Shown here in pieces: positions 24,001 through 38,600 of a stretch of 64,000 nucleotides of DNA; within the stretch, counting starts at the first letter, position 1, and every line of letters begins with the position of its first letter. This stretch comes from Enoplolaimus lenunculus (Eukaryota): positions 434,001 to 498,000 of the forward strand of contig JASANG010000753.1 of NCBI GenBank assembly GCA_030248215.1, read 5' to 3'. Under the pieces are notes generated by a model. It was not told where the DNA came from. It saw only the letters and a program-made list of their open reading frames with translations, and searched no databases. The position numbers and the translations under genes were made by a program.

Positions 24001-26448
24001 AAACGCTGAATTCGAAATGTTAATTTTTCAAAGACAAAGTTTCCAGTATTTAAAAATGATTATGAATAATTGGCTACAAAACCAGTAAAAAATCCGATTC
24101 CTGTATCTTTGAATGCAGGAAGAGGAACAGAAATTGAATTTTTGCTGATATTGCGGCCGGAACAGGAATTGTGGTTGAACCTTGATACATACCCTCTATT
24201 TCTTCCCTTGTATACACCCCTGCCAGGGCGCGACCGGATATGTGGATCCGGTTTAATATATCCGGCAAAAGACCAATATCACTATCCAGTATCAGGGTAT
24301 AATCCTACGTGATATATACTTTGGTGGTTCCGAATTTGGTGAAATTGTTGTTTAAATCTGGGCGTCTCTTTGAGATTATTCTGAGAAAGCCAAAACGTTC
24401 GCGTTTTGATCCGCTGAAGTAAAAATGAAAAATTCAAGCTAACAGATAATTCTAATTCAGTAAACATCGGTTCTGCGCGACTCAAACACTTGAGCCCTGC
24501 ACAGGTTCGAGCACGGATAGCGGCTCGGATACAGATATCATTCTAGCGGCAGCAGCAGCAGCGGATTTATGGACCTTAGGCTCTTGTAAAAAGTCAATTA
24601 TGTATGTATTTGTTGTACTTTGTGGTGAAATATTAGGTCTTAAAATGCCGGTAACACGTTGTAGTATCGGACACCATGTATATTTGTCAAATGCGGTTGT
24701 GGTATTTTAGCTTCACGAATATTTGTATACTCCAGCCCCACACATAACGAACGTGGTTCTTCCGGGGGCGGGGGTCAAGGGGCGCATCCTGTGGGCACAG
24801 CCAGGATTTTGGATTGGAGGGAGTCACATCAACTGTACAAGCTTTAATAGTTTGTTTGTAGTCAATTGGTTTTTCTAACGTATATTCATTAACCGAAATA
24901 AATTATTTCCAAACCATTGGAGGGGTCCATGGCCCTTTTGCCCGCCGCCTGGCTACGCCCCCTCGGCCACCCTCCATCCTGCGGACACATTGGCTCTGTG
25001 GCTTATTCGAGTTTGAGAGTCTGATTTTCTGTGTAGTTATTTTTCAGTTGTTTTTTGTTTGATTTGGCTTGTCGTCTAGACGCTGTTTCAGTTGGGGAAT
25101 TAAAGCAGTCTGTCGGTGTTCCTTTGTACTCAATGCATATAGAGTTGGTTGAAGGTTGAGATGTTAGCTAAGTTAAGTATATAGGACTTACTATAGTACA
25201 TGTATGTTTATGAGCCTGTAGCTTGTCTCGTATGCAATCTGTTGTTTATCGCGGCTGTGGCCCATGTATAGAACAGAACCCGAACGTTTTCCGGCGTGAC
25301 TGTAATATAGTACGCTTAAGCTTTAGACTAATTTTTTGCTTAGGCTTAGGCTTAGGTATAAGCTCATTCTTACGCTTAGGCTTAGGCTTAGGCTTAGAAA
25401 TACGCTTATACTACTGTTGCGGTCCTGTTCTATACATTGGTCGTGGCTGATGTACAGCGGTGTTGGTTTTTTTTCAAAATTGTAGTCACGTCTCAGTGCG
25501 TTTTGTTAAATTTTGAGCAATTTTGATAGAGTTGCTTCCGGATTCCGGTTCGATTGTTCCGGTTTATTCCGGGTATTTTCACGGAACATTTCATGTCCGG
25601 GTTTTGGACTTGAACACATCCGGCTACGGGTTTATTAGTTTTAAGCGTTACAACTGGTTTTGAGAAATGCGTTATTTTAACGCCTGTGTGCGGTGTCCCC
25701 GTCTGAATAATCAAATCTGATTGGTGGTTCAGTTTAATAGCAGTGCCCAGGTCAAACAGCTATTACGTAAACTAGCAGGTTGGCTTACGTAGGCCAATTG
25801 GTATTTAGTCGGCATAGCAGATTGGCCTACGACATATATATTTTGAGAAGCAAACGGGTTTATAAAGTACTTGCACAGTGTGCTTTTTGGTTTGGAACAA
25901 TGGAAGTAATTTTGGCGCAAGCTGAATAATGACGAAGATTCGTGATCTATTTTTCTATCCGGCTCCCTTGTATGCATTCCTGGCGGTATCCACGACAATT
26001 CGTTGACCGACAGACAACTTGTAATTCGGTATTTCATAGACTCGACAGTTAGGCTGAGGCTTAGGTTTAGGATTACGCTTAAGATTGTAATTAGATTTGT
26101 TCATAGGCTTTAGGACACCGTTAGGCGACAAGTTGTCGGGCGACGAATTGTCGCAGATTCATTTCTGGCTGCGGCTTTGCTGGATCAGTATCCAGCTTGC
26201 CAACCTGTTGTTCCGTATCAGAAATTCGAATTTTACAATCGTTTTTTTTGATTTTTTTGCAGCTTTATTTGTGTTTTGGTTATGTTTGTTTTTGTGTAAT
26301 AAAACGTGTTATATAATGTTAACAAAGCAATTATATACGTATATAATACATTGTGTGTAGTTTGTGAGTCATTCATGCAATGTTGTCTTTGAAAGAATTG
26401 TTATAATATTAGTTTATGGTACTCCATATACGTATACATCTGTATATA

Positions 26449-26742
26449 TGTCGTAGGCCAATCTGCTATTCAGGCCAGTTACCTATTAGCGTAGTACAAT
26501 CTGCTTTTTTGCGTAATCGCAGTTTCGCGTATGTTAAACTGCTATTAAACCTATTAAACGTATAGACCAATCAGATTTGACTATTTGGACACACGCAATA
26601 CCGATAACCAATCAGCGTTGGTTTTGCATGACTGTTGTTTTGCTACATATTACAATCGATATTTGGAATATGCTAATCTGCAATTCGCTCAGAATAGCAG
26701 ATTGGCTGATAAATAGTTTGAATAGCAGATTGGCCTACGACA
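26449..26742. mobile_element. Unclassified MITE with TGTCGTAGGCCAATCTGCTATTC TIRs, inserted in (TA)n
   Basis: Perfect ~23-bp TIR; second copy 34690-34941; partial copy ending ~25834. Confidence 0.7.
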
Positions 26743-27417
26743 TATATACGGAAAATAGATACACGGATCGCTTCGGTAAAGCTACTTGAAAATTTTTTTA
26801 CAAGGTTTCATGGCATCACCAAATAAATTTCTGCCTGGGGCCTGTCTGATGGCAAATGTCATCAAATTAATAACTTTAAAATCTTTTGTTGTAATTAGTA
26901 GGTGTTTACTTTTTTTCACATATTCTGGGTAATAAAATATTGGATAATTTTGACATGTAATGTTTGATGAATGGGTTTGAAATCGAAAAACATCGGCGCC
27001 TGTGTTTTTAATTGCGTTTTTTAATCAGTTTTTTAGATAAGGGCTACAGTTTCAAAAAGTTGGGGCACCACCACCGGTCTTTGTAAAAAGTTAAAGATAG
27101 CAGGTGTAGTTTGTATATATGTATAAATAATATATATAAATAATATATAGGTATATATACACGTATTTCTAATTCATATGTGTTAGGAGTCTGTATGTTG
27201 TGTATACATATACCGGTGCAGATTAGCGTTATTGTTTATTCAGCTGTGTTTTAGTGTCAGGATTGTTTGAATTGTAGTTAAAGTTTTGTCGGGTTTGGGT
27301 TGGTAGGAAGTTGGTGTTGTAGGATGGGATAAGATGGCAACGAAGGATCACTGTGGATTAGGCTCCATCTCCATCCCCTCATCAACAGCGATCACAACCA
27401 AAATTTTGTATTTAGAT

Positions 27418-27765
27418 CAGGGTGCAACCGGAATTACAATTTACCGGAACCGGAATTTGAAAATTTTACCGGAACCGGAAAGTGAAAAATGCATTTCACC
27501 AAAAATTTCATTTTAATCTTATTTTTTGCTCTATTATTTGTGAAATAACCTTAGTCGAACATAGGTATTTATTTTATTTGTTGTATTTTAGATTTTCATC
27601 ATAGACTGAAGTGACATCCACCATCAGTGGCTTATATTCGGAGTACAGCAAAGTTAAGAAAACGGCCAAATTATAATACCGGAATTTTTAAATCCAGTAA
27701 AAATTTACCGGAACCGGAAGGTGAAAAAATGCCGGAACCGGAACCGGGATTCCCGTTGCACCCTG
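27418..27765. mobile_element. hAT-like MITE (CAGGGTGCAAC TIR, CCGGAA subterminal motifs)
   Basis: CAGGGTGCAAC ... GTTGCACCCTG with perfect 8-bp TSD ATTTAGAT. Near-identical inverted copy at 31568-31945; relatives at ~13380-13600, ~18080-18443, ~28235-28703, ~56849-57211 and ~58629-59007. Confidence 0.85.
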
Positions 27766-30700
27766 ATTTAGATGTAGTATTACAAGTGCGTTTGGCAGTT
27801 TAGTTTGGCTTTGCTTGCGAGTTTTTTTTAATGTTTTTTAATTTTATATCGTTGTGTTAAAAATGTCGGGATTCGCTGTTGGTTGAGGTTTAAGTCGAGT
27901 TGAATGATGGGTAGCAGTAGGAGTAGCGTGGAGTCGCACAACGGTGGGGTTCAGGAGTGCTGTGGGCGTTACTTACGATACTTTTTTAATATGAGCTTGG
28001 TCTTAATGCGGAGTGCGGAGCGGATATTTACGTATCCGATCGCAGTGTCTTGTGTATTAATTGTTGCGTCTTGTGTATTACGTAATTGTTGCATTGTGAA
28101 CAATACGTTTGAGTTAGGTCGATTTAAAAGTTGAAATTTTTAAGTTGTCTCCAGGGTTTGATGTGATTTTTGGAATAAATACGAGCGTAAAATCCATAAG
28201 CATTCACCGGGTGGGTAGGCAGGTGTAACACGGTGGCACCGAATCCGCGATATGAAGTTTGTTGGATTCGTCAGGTTTTTTACATACCGAATCCGAACTT
28301 TTTGACGTCCGTATGGGTCGTATTCCGGTTCAGGTAAATTTTAACCATAATTCAAAATTCCCCTATTAAAATTTGGTCGGTGAAAATTAAGATATCTTAG
28401 TAGAAAATGACGATAAAAAATTAAATTGGTTACATAGTATAGACTGCAAAACTGGACAGTCGCCGAAAATTAACCATCGAAGGGTAGATTTCGCTTTCGT
28501 GGATTATGAAAACCTAAAATATATACAGCAGACAAACTGAATACCTATCCGCAACTAAGGAGTATTTCACCAATAACACTGCATAACAGAAAATTAAAAT
28601 GTGTTTTTTTTGGTTTCACTTATTTTTCATTTTCCGGTTCCGTTTCCGGTAATTTTTTTTTCAAATTCCGGTTTCGGTAAATTGTAATTCCGGTTGCATC
28701 CTGCTGAATATCGATGCCGATTTATCGATGTAATCCCTTGTTATTAATAAAAAAGATTATTTTCGTTACAGTGAGATTTAACAACACGCCGTAATTTTGA
28801 AGTCCTGTGTCTCGGGAATGACGGACGCCTGTCGTCTGCTGTACTACTGTCGAAATGTCATACAGAAGTTTTTTTTGTGTGTCCCTGTCATCGTCGCTTT
28901 GCCAGTCTTGGAGTGTACAAGGAAGTCTTATGCGCTGCAGATATCAATCATTTGTAAAAAAATTTTTAATTATTAAACATCAGATATTAGAATGTAATTT
29001 GAGAACTTTAAAAAAAATAAGTTGGAGTTGAACGTGGGAATTGTTGGTGGGTATCCCCTCGCCTGTCCCCGCCCCCAAATGAATTCCTTGCTACGTCTCT
29101 GCAAGGCGGCCGGGCGCAGTGGGGAGATGGCATCGACCCCTTTTACTTTTTGGATCCAAATAATGGAAATTTGATTAGTGTTGGGTGCTAGAATTGTTTT
29201 GGAGGAATTAGGTTTGCGAATTGAAAGATCGGGTATAATTGGGTAAATATTTTACAAACTTGGAAGTAAATCACCCAGCAGCACACAGGAGCGAACACAA
29301 GAGGGAAGAAAGAGGGAATATATCTCTCATCGAATTTTCTCGAAAAACGGTAAAAAGGTAACTGTATAGGCTTTAGAATAGCAAGTTGAATTCTTGTACC
29401 CTCGCGAAATGTAATCCTGGTGACGTCATCGGGCATTCGAAAACCAGAAAACCAGTTTACCGACAAGTAATAACTTTTTTGTTTGAAACCTCGCGGTTTG
29501 GCTTGCGTGGACTGTGAAAATCTAAAATATATACAGTAGATAAAGTGAATGAATACCTATCTTCAATTAAAGGTTATTTCACCAATAATACGTATTGAAA
29601 AAAGAGCTGAAACTTTGTTTAAGCCATTTTTTGGCAACTTTTCTAAAAACTCAGTTATAATTTTTGGCGATGAAAATTATCCCAAGTTTCGGTTCGTGTT
29701 CCTGTTGCGGCAAAATTTAGTTCCTATTGGAAACTTGTTATGCTGTTAAAAACTCGAAATATATATTCTTTGCAGTAACGGGATTACGTTGGCTTTTAAT
29801 GCTTCATGAAATTTTTAACGCATATATATGTATATATATATCTATATGTATATATCTATATCTATATATAAAATATGTATAATATTTATATATCCTCATA
29901 TTGAACGTTACAGTTTTATTGTTGAAGTCACACCGTAGCTGTGGGGAGTTGATGTTTATCCAGTTTTTTTACCATTGCGTTATTTTATATCCTTTGCCCA
30001 GCCTGCAACGCTGGGATAACGTGGATTGACGAGAAAGAGAAATTTTTTATAACGGCAGCAGAAGCGTTGCCGGGGGGGTCCAGAAGTCAGAACCCCGCTG
30101 GGACTTTGGGATTTTTTGCGCCGGGGCTTTTTAGACGTGGTTTCAGTTTGTAACACAAGAACCCCGTTTTCGAATGTTTTACAGCACGTAACGCCGCTTG
30201 TCTCTGTCCAAAATCTGTGACCACGCCTCGAAACGGCAAGTTGTTCCGTTCAAGGACGTCGTCCGTAGTAAATTTAAACTGGGAGTAGCGAAATTTTGTG
30301 GGATTCCGTGAAGTTTCAGCCGGGAGGACAGCGTTGGAAATTGGAGCAGATCGGGGTTTAGGGGATATTCGGGAAACCTTGTCTGAGAGGGCGGCATGGT
30401 ACCTTAGTGCTCCTCAAGCAAAGACTTATGACTATTAAGAGCGTATTTCTTGAAGGGATAATACAGAGACACTTTTGCAGGATATTTTGCTCGATGTGCT
30501 TGGTCGCAAAAACGTTTTCACTTGAAGGTTTTTTTGCCGTTACGAGATGAAGTCTTTGTTGCTTGCCATTCCACCCCCCCCCCCCCCGCCACCCCACAGA
30601 TGACGGTATTTTAGTATTTTTGTTTTTATGTGTTTATGTTTATGTTGGAGTGGGATTGGATATATATATTGAAATGAGCGATAGATGGGGGTGGTGAGTT

Positions 30701-30809
30701 CTTGTTTTATGTGGTTATAACTCATGTTAGTTGTTTTTTAAAATTATGATGTGGGTTAAATTTTAATTTGTTTTTTTTTCATGCTGAATGTTAAATTTTT
30801 GGCAGGCTG

Positions 30810-31236
30810 TAACCGGGAACTATTTTTAGCTGGGGAGGGGTAGTAATTTTTTTCGGGTTAACCAGGAACTGTTTTTAGCTGAGGGGGCTAGTAATTTTTT
30901 CGGATTAAGCAGGAACTGTTTTTAGCTGAGGGGGCTAGTAATTTTTTTTCGGGTTAACGAGCAACTGTTTTTAGCTGAGAGGGCTAGTAATTTTTTTCGG
31001 CTTAACCAGGAACTATTTTTAGCTGAGGGGGCTAGTAATTTCTTTTCGGGTAAACCAGGAAGTATTTTTAGCTGAGGGGGCTAGTAATTTCTTTTCGGGT
31101 TAACCAGGAACTATTTTTAGCTGAGTGGGCTAGTAATTTTTTTCGGGTTAACCAGGAACTATTTTTAGCTGAGGGGGCTAGTAATTTCTTTTCGGGTTAA
31201 CCATGAACTTTTTTTAGCTGAGGGGGGCTAGTAATA
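30810..31236. repeat. Tandem repeat, ~48-bp unit x ~9
   Basis: Unit TAACCAGGAACTATTTTTAGCTGAGGGGGCTAGTAATTTTTTTCGGGT. Confidence 0.9.
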
Positions 31237-31567
31237 AATCGCTGTATAACCAGTTAGCGGTGCTTAAAGCTGCAATGCAAGAAACTTTTTGTGATTGCTT
31301 TGCTTACCGCTTTTTCAACTCTTTAATCACAGTTTGCAAACCATCGAGACTGAAACAAAGCGGCGAAACCGAAACCGAGACCAGCCAAATCCCGAGACTT
31401 GCCGAGACCGAGACCCAGACCGAGTCCGTCCATACCTGTCTTCGGACAAAAATAGGCATTGAAGAATGGTATTTTTATATTTTGTATAGAAATATAACAT
31501 TAACGTTGTATATATATTAATATATATATTAATATATGTATATTAATATATATACATATTAATATAT

Positions 31568-31945
31568 CAGGGTGCCACCGGAATTCCGATTCCGGCATTT
31601 TTTCACCTTCCGGTTCCGGTTCCGGTAAATTTTTACCGGATTTAAAAATTCCGGTTTATAATTTGGCCGCTTTCTTAACCTTGCTAATTTTTAAGAATCT
31701 CTTTTGAAAGCCACTTGTACTCCGAATATATGCCAGTGATGGTGGATTTCACAGCAGTCGACGACGAAAATCTAAAATACAACAAATAAAGTAAATACCT
31801 ATGTTCGACTAAGGTTATTTCACAAATAATAGAGCAAAAAATAAGATTAAAATCAAATTTTTGGTGAAATGCATTTTTCACTTTCCGGTTCCGGTAAAAT
31901 TTTCAAATTCCGGTTCCGGTAAATTGTAATTCCGGTTGCACCCTG
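31568..31945. mobile_element. hAT-like MITE, inverted copy of 27418-27765
   Basis: CAGGGTGC...GCACCCTG termini in an AT-microsatellite context; the interior is the reverse complement of the 27418 copy. Confidence 0.85.
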
Positions 31946-32479
31946 ATATATATATTTATTTCTATTCGTATATATCCTTCCGAAATGTAATCCTGACTGC
32001 ACCTTTGAGCAACGGTACCGTTTTAGTCACAAATTTACCCGGTGGATAATGCTGGTAATGTTCACTGCCTTGACAACCAGTTTAACTGTTACCTGTCTCA
32101 GTTTTATGTTGATGTGAATTGGTCGGAAGCTAATAATTTATACCCTGAGGTGTACTTATACTGTGCTATATAGGTAATATACACATATATATACATATCA
32201 TATATATGTGTGTACGCAGGCTCATGCCAGCTTGTTTTTTCAGGGGGGGGCACCTCTGGCTACGGACCCACATGTATAGTTGATATGCAATATATGTTTA
32301 TATGTATATATAGCAACTTTGTACTATTTTGGAAAAAACCTAATTTTACGAGGCGAATGTTTTAAGCATAGTGAAACTTTGGTACTGAGGACGAGAATAA
32401 GCCTCAGAGACTACTGCGTAGTTTTGCTAGGGTTGCTTCTGGGTCCGCGTATTCAGGGTGTTTATTTTCAATCAAAATG

Positions 32480-33420
32480 TCCGGGTCCGGATATGATTGG
32501 CTTTATGAAATTCCTCATCCGCGATTTTGTCTTTATTTCCGGGTCCGGATATCATTGGTGGTATGTAATTCCGAATCCGGATTTTGACTTTTTAGAAATT
32601 TCTGGGTCCGGATATTATTGGTTGTATGAAATTCCGAATCCGGATTTTGACTTTTTAGAAATTTCTGGGTCCGGATATTATTGGTTGTATGAAATTCCGA
32701 ATCCGGATTTTGACTTTTTAGAAATTTCTGGGTCCGGATATTATTGGTTGTATGAAATTCCGAATCCGGATTTTGACTTTTTAGAAATTTCTGGGTCCGG
32801 ATATTATTGGTTGTATGAAATTCCGAATCCGGATTTTGACTTTTTAGAAATTTCTGGGTCCGGATATTATTGGTTGTATGAAATTCCGAATCCGGATTTT
32901 GACTGTTTAGAAATTTCTGGGTCCGGATATTATTGGTTGTATGAAATTCCGAATCCGGATTTTGACTTTTTAGAAATTTCTGGGTCCGGATATTATTGGT
33001 TGTATGAAATTCCGAATCCGGATTTTGACTTTTTAGAAATTTCTGGGTCCGGATATTATTGGTTGTATGAAATTCCGAATCCGGACTTTGACTTTATTTC
33101 CGGGTCCGGATATTATTAGTTTTATGATATTTCGAATCGGGATTTTGACTTTTTAGAAATTTCTGGGTCCGGATATTATTGGTTGTATGAAATTCCGAAT
33201 CCGGACTTTGACTTTATTTCCGGGTCCGGATATTATTAGTTTTATGATATTTCGAATCGGGATTTTGACTTTTTAAAAATTTCTGGGTGCGGATATTAAT
33301 GGGTTTTATGAAATTTCCGAACACGGATTTTGACTTTATTTCCGGGTCCGGATATTATTGGTTTTGTGATATTCCGAATCCCGGATTTTGACTGTATGAA
33401 GATTTCCGGGTGCGGATGTT
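32480..33420. repeat. Minisatellite, 63-bp unit x ~15
   Basis: Unit CCGGATATTATTGGTTGTATGAAATTCCGAATCCGGATTTTGACTTTTTAGAAATTTCTGGGT; homogeneous centre, diverged edges. Confidence 0.95.
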
Positions 33421-33924
33421 GCATAAAGGCTACGTTTTTACCTGCCGAAATCACAGGTTATGCGAATGTGTTTAGTTGCACCAGTTTCTATGTTTTTGTT
33501 TCTTTGCGTCAGTTTTCTGACTCTGTCTGTTATTTGGTGCGGTTGAGTATTATGCATAGTTGATTGATTTATTGTTTACTACTGTGTGTTTGAGCTTGAA
33601 GGTGAGCGTTGTCGGGCAGAACCGGAACTTAGTGACGTATGTTTGCCGTTTTGGGTGGGGTTTAATTTTTCGGGGTGAAACGTCATTGGCCAAGTGGTGG
33701 TTAGTTAGCTATGTTTGGGTATAGATGATATTTAATGCGGTTGAAACGGTTGTTTGCAGCAGCATTGTGTAAAATTGAAATAGTTTTGTTCGGTGGTTTT
33801 AGTATTTGTAATACCTACCTATCCAGTATCACCCAGGGTACGACCGGATATCCGGCTAAAGCCAATATCTGTATCCGGTTCCGGTATACGATATAAACCA
33901 ACTGATTACCGGATATTTACTAGT

Positions 33925-34115
33925 GTGGTTCTGCACTTTAAACGCGTAAACTGTTTTAGTATGGAACCATTCTTGAGTAACACTCAGGTCTGTGGACGGC
34001 GGATACGGAAAGTTCTATTTATTGACCATACTGCGACTACGTATATACGTGTTAGAGGTGTCCCGGAGCCGGTGTCAGAGGATGCCGTGACCGCGGTCAT
34101 ACGGTACCATGGACG
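33925..34115 (+). pseudogene. Possible fragment of a Tx1/L1-type LINE ORF1
   Basis: Peptide TTYIRVRGVPEPVSEDAVTAVIRYHG resembles the VxxVPxExxDxxVxxxLxxYG stretch of Tx1-type ORF1/ZCCHC3-like proteins. Short and unverified. Confidence 0.3.
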
Positions 34116-35643
34116 AAACCAGAAAAAGATCTACGTATATGTGCTTGAATGCTGACTGAAAAAAAAATTGCTCAAACGGTTTCACAAGCACTTCTAAAAT
34201 TTATTCAATAAACGCATTAACAGTAACTGCATAACGTGGGAGTATCAACAAAATGTTGCCTGACGCGATATGATCAAAACGGCACATACCGTATTCCCAG
34301 GTACATGCTTACGCAAAACGTACATAAAATTTGAAGTTTAGTGTATTTTGCTGTCCGCGACCCCGGTACCGGATCCCCGGACCGCGGCCCCGGGTCACAT
34401 CCTGGCCCCGGGACACCTCTAATACGTATAGTGCGAGTTCCGCATTTGCTAGGATACAATTGTTTTTTGCGTTACCAGGCTGTAATAATTATTGTATTAC
34501 TTATTGCGTATATTGTTTTGCACAGTATATATATTTCGTGTGTATTGGACGTGTGCAAGATTTCATTCGTTTCAATTGATCGGCATTTTCAATTGATTTA
34601 ACAGGTAAATATTATTTGAGGCTTTATGTAGGCCGAAATTTAAGCCAAAATTTTTTGAGGTATCCGGTTATAAGATTGCGCGATATATATGTCGTAGGCT
34701 AATCTGCTATTTTATGCAATAGCTAGGCTAAGCTACTATTTTAACTTTTACACCAATCAGATTTGATTATTTGGACAGACACAATACCGGTAGTAACCAA
34801 TCAGCGTTGGTCTTGCATCACGTTTTTTGAAATCACGCTATCGCTGTTTGGCCTAGGCTAACCTGCTATTTGCTTTGAATAGCAGATTGGCCAAGGCCAA
34901 TTATCTACAAGTTGGTCTGAATAGCAGATTGGTCTACGACATATGCATATATGGATGTTGTGGTAAAATTCTATCAGACTAAACGGTGAACGCTTGTTGC
35001 TCTGCTACTAGCTATGTATTTATTTTGTCGTTTTCAAGATTTTGTAATATAACTCAAATTTAGTAAGAAAATACGCATATTAGAATTAGTTTTGCGCCGC
35101 AACACAATGCATAAGCAACAACAACAACAACGTCAAAAGTCGCGAATCGGTGGTTTGCAAAAACGCAAAGCTGTTGCCGCTACAGCCAATACAAATTTGG
35201 CAATTTATCCAGTTGAAGCCAGCAATAACGACAATAGCGATGATAACTTTGGCGGCAGTGGTGTGGTACAGGCTACTGCGGCTGATAACCAGTACCACGA
35301 CAATTGTCGTCCAGTTGTGGGTAAGCCCGGACCTTAGTGTAGGACTTGTATACACGCAGGTCTGGACTTACCGTTGATAAAGGTTGCGCTATAAACTAAT
35401 AGTTTGGTCTAAATGAGATAAAAAAATCGTGTATTGTTTTGAAGTTCATTTATTGTCGCTTAACCTACCCTGCCGTTATATGGTTCATTTTAAAAAGTAT
35501 CGAATTAAAATTTCATTTATTGTTAAGCCAAAACATGACCCTAATTAAATTTCTAACAACTTTTTTCAATACGTGTAATATAGTATGTGTGTACTGTATA
35601 TATATAATAAATTATTTATTTACTACTTATAGAATATCACACA

Positions 35644-38600
35644 ATGTCGAAACAACAACGCCTGATGTCTGAACATCCGCCACAGGATTCGGATGTGATT
35701 TTTCGGCTGCCTCCGTTCTGGTATATGCACGTCCTCGATCTCAATTCAAATGTGACACGCGTTGAAGTTGGCCCAAAGACTTATATTCGAAGTGATAATG
35801 AACGGTGAGTTCGATGATGATGATGATGATGATGATGATGACTGGGGCCAGTCGTACAGGGACTGCTCGTATTGAGCGAAGCTCAGATTCACTTACGTAC
35901 TGACAACATGCTCAAATGCAATTATGGGAATAGCTAATAAAATTCTAAATTAATAAAACACATGTAAATTTTGTGTGTATTAAATATAAATATATATTGG
36001 GGTCAAAACTGTGGTAACCCCGGTTTAACGCTTGTCACAAAAATCGTAGTGACTACGACTAGAGTGGGGTTGTAACAATATTTTGTTCTAAGGTGGCGCT
36101 AAAGAGTGGCAATTTTAAAAATTGCCAGTCGTTAACGCCAGGATATTTCGTTTCCGGTGTCCTCATAAAATGTATTAATGTGAACCCTGCATAATTAGCA
36201 AGGTATTAAACAGTGTGCAAAACAGGAAATTTTGAACGACATATTTATGTGCCTCTTATCCAAAAACCGTACGGAACCGCTCGTCGGACGGATAAACGGG
36301 CGGACATCCATCTTTCGACCCCCTAGTACAAAAACTTTTTGGCCGAAGTATAAAGCCTTCATTTAATTGTGGATGGAATGTATGCAAGAACAGCCGTGAG
36401 TTATGAGTATTAATAAGACCACTCCTTGTGCAATCGTTTTATTTTGGTCAATGTTTTTCGGGGTGGTATTCAATCTGAACAAATCATTTTGTAGGCCTAA
36501 GCTTAATTCTTGATCTTAAATCGTGGAAAACAGTGTACGAGAGCCGTGTCTGATTAATTGTAGATCATCATCAGCATATTATCTGACTTCGGATAGATGG
36601 TGGATTACGCTGATTAAAACTTTTGAAGGTGATTTTTTCATAAGCCCAAGCTTAAGATTTGATCTTAAATGTAGGGGGGATTGTCTAAGAATCGTATATA
36701 TCTGTATTATTATATTACTCTCCCATTGCTATCGTTTCATGTTGGTGAATTTGTTTCAGGGTGGTATTCAATCCAGATCGTATGATTACAATCCCGCCGC
36801 GACACTATTGTGTCGTTGAGAATCCAGTTGTACGCGACGCGGACGGTGTTATATCGACGTATCCGTCCGGCCAAGTGAAGCTGTCACACGCGGATTCAGA
36901 AGTCCGTCAACCGCAAGAACCATTCCCGTTGTATCCTGGTGAAATACTCAAGCAGGTACGTTTGTATATTTGATTGATCGATTGATGGTGGCAAGTAGAC
37001 ATGTGGGACAGGGAACTATGGGTAGGACTGGATATGGCTAGTATTTCTAGTTCGAAAAGCAATGAATGGTTGGGTTTTGCCTGAACAGGCGTTAATGGAG
37101 TTAGGTAGAATTGAAGGAAAGGGTTAATTGATCAATTTCTGTTTAAGGATGTGAATTTTAAAAAATACGATGAATATTTTAGCCAGTGACACCATTAAAA
37201 GTTGTATCGGCGAATTCTGCGCTTCGACTGAAAGCGATATTGGATGTTGTTGGTGACGATGGTGTTGCTCGCAATGCGGGTGATGAATGGCTGTTTGAAG
37301 GACCGGGTGAGTGTGTAGAAGCGTAGGCAATTGATGAAATGATTTCAATTTTCCCATAATTTTTTAATTTTTGAAAAGTAATGATTCGTTTTTGTAAGAA
37401 TTTCCTGATTTTGTTGGAAAATTATAACAGCATGTTGTGCCCCCCGACGCTTTTTGATGAAAGCCCTTAAATTTAACCGAGCGGCAGATGCCGTGTAAAC
37501 ATAAAAATTCAGTGACGGTGGGTGCCGGTCAGAAGTAATACAACGAGTACATATTGAAAACGATATAACGTTTGGGATTGAAGTGTTTTTGTATATCACA
37601 CTGTAGCGCGGCGCTTCCATTAATTTTTTTATGTGAAGTGATTTCTGTTTTTGTAACTCGAGTATGAATTTTGATTGTATTTTTCTTTCTAAAACTTACC
37701 TGAATACAAAACAATTCGTTGGATTGGACTGCTGCCCCTTCACTGTACGTAATAGATTTCACTGCGTGCTCTGTGGGAGGGTAAAATGTTAAAAAATAAT
37801 CCCAATCATAAGCATAGTTTTAAACTACATATAGATGTACTTAATAATCGAGGAAATAGTTTGGCGTGAGCGAAGTTCGTTGGTGTCAGTAAAAATAAAA
37901 ATATCTTAAAGTCTGGATCTTTACAACCATAGAATTATTGCGACATGGTATATCCAACTGATTGTAGAAAACGCATGATCTTTAACGTGTTTAATTCTTT
38001 ATTTAATTTGTTCGCTTCAGGTACTTACATTCCACGCAAAGAAGTGAACGTTGAAGAAACCGTTCGTGCGACAATTATTCGACCAAATCAAGGATTGAAG
38101 TTACGGGCGAGACGCGAAACAACTGACCGCGATGGACATCCGCGAGTAACCGGCGAGGAATGGATGGTGGTCAAGGTTGGTGCGTATCTGCCAGGCGCAT
38201 ATGAAGAAGTTGTTGACGTTGTTAATGCGCACGTTTTGACTGAAAAGGTAGGTTGAAACGCGGTAATGACATAATGTTTGAAATAACCAATTATACCGGC
38301 GCTAATCCAGAATTTTATTTCGGGAGGATAACAACGTTTGAAAATCTTTTTGCAAGTGTGCGTATTGCACGCGAAAAGCTATTGACCTTTGCAGATTTTA
38401 CAGTCTGATTAAGGGTTTTTTCGAGCTTTTCAGAAATTTGTAAGGGAATATTTTCCACGTATCTCCATCTTTTTACACGGCCCTAAGTAATGTACGGAGG
38501 GCACCGGACGGCGCCGCGCGACAAACGTACAATAATGGTCGGCGCCGGACGGTGACGTACAGCGCCGAACGTCATCATCAAAACTATAGTTACCCATAAT

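Noticed and set aside
32280..33119. 279-aa repetitive ORF, or a CRISPR-like array
   Set aside because: It is a translation of a 63-bp tandem repeat (a multiple of 3) with no unique spacers, no cas genes and a eukaryotic context.
35086..35377. Gln/Asn-rich ORF upstream of MVP as an extra coding exon
   Set aside because: MVP is already complete from ATG 35644 and no homology is recognisable; at most this is 5' UTR or promoter sequence.
35812..35905. C/D box snoRNA in MVP intron 1 (ATGATGA...CTGA)
   Set aside because: The apparent C box is the end of a (GAT)n microsatellite, with no terminal stem or identifiable rRNA guide.
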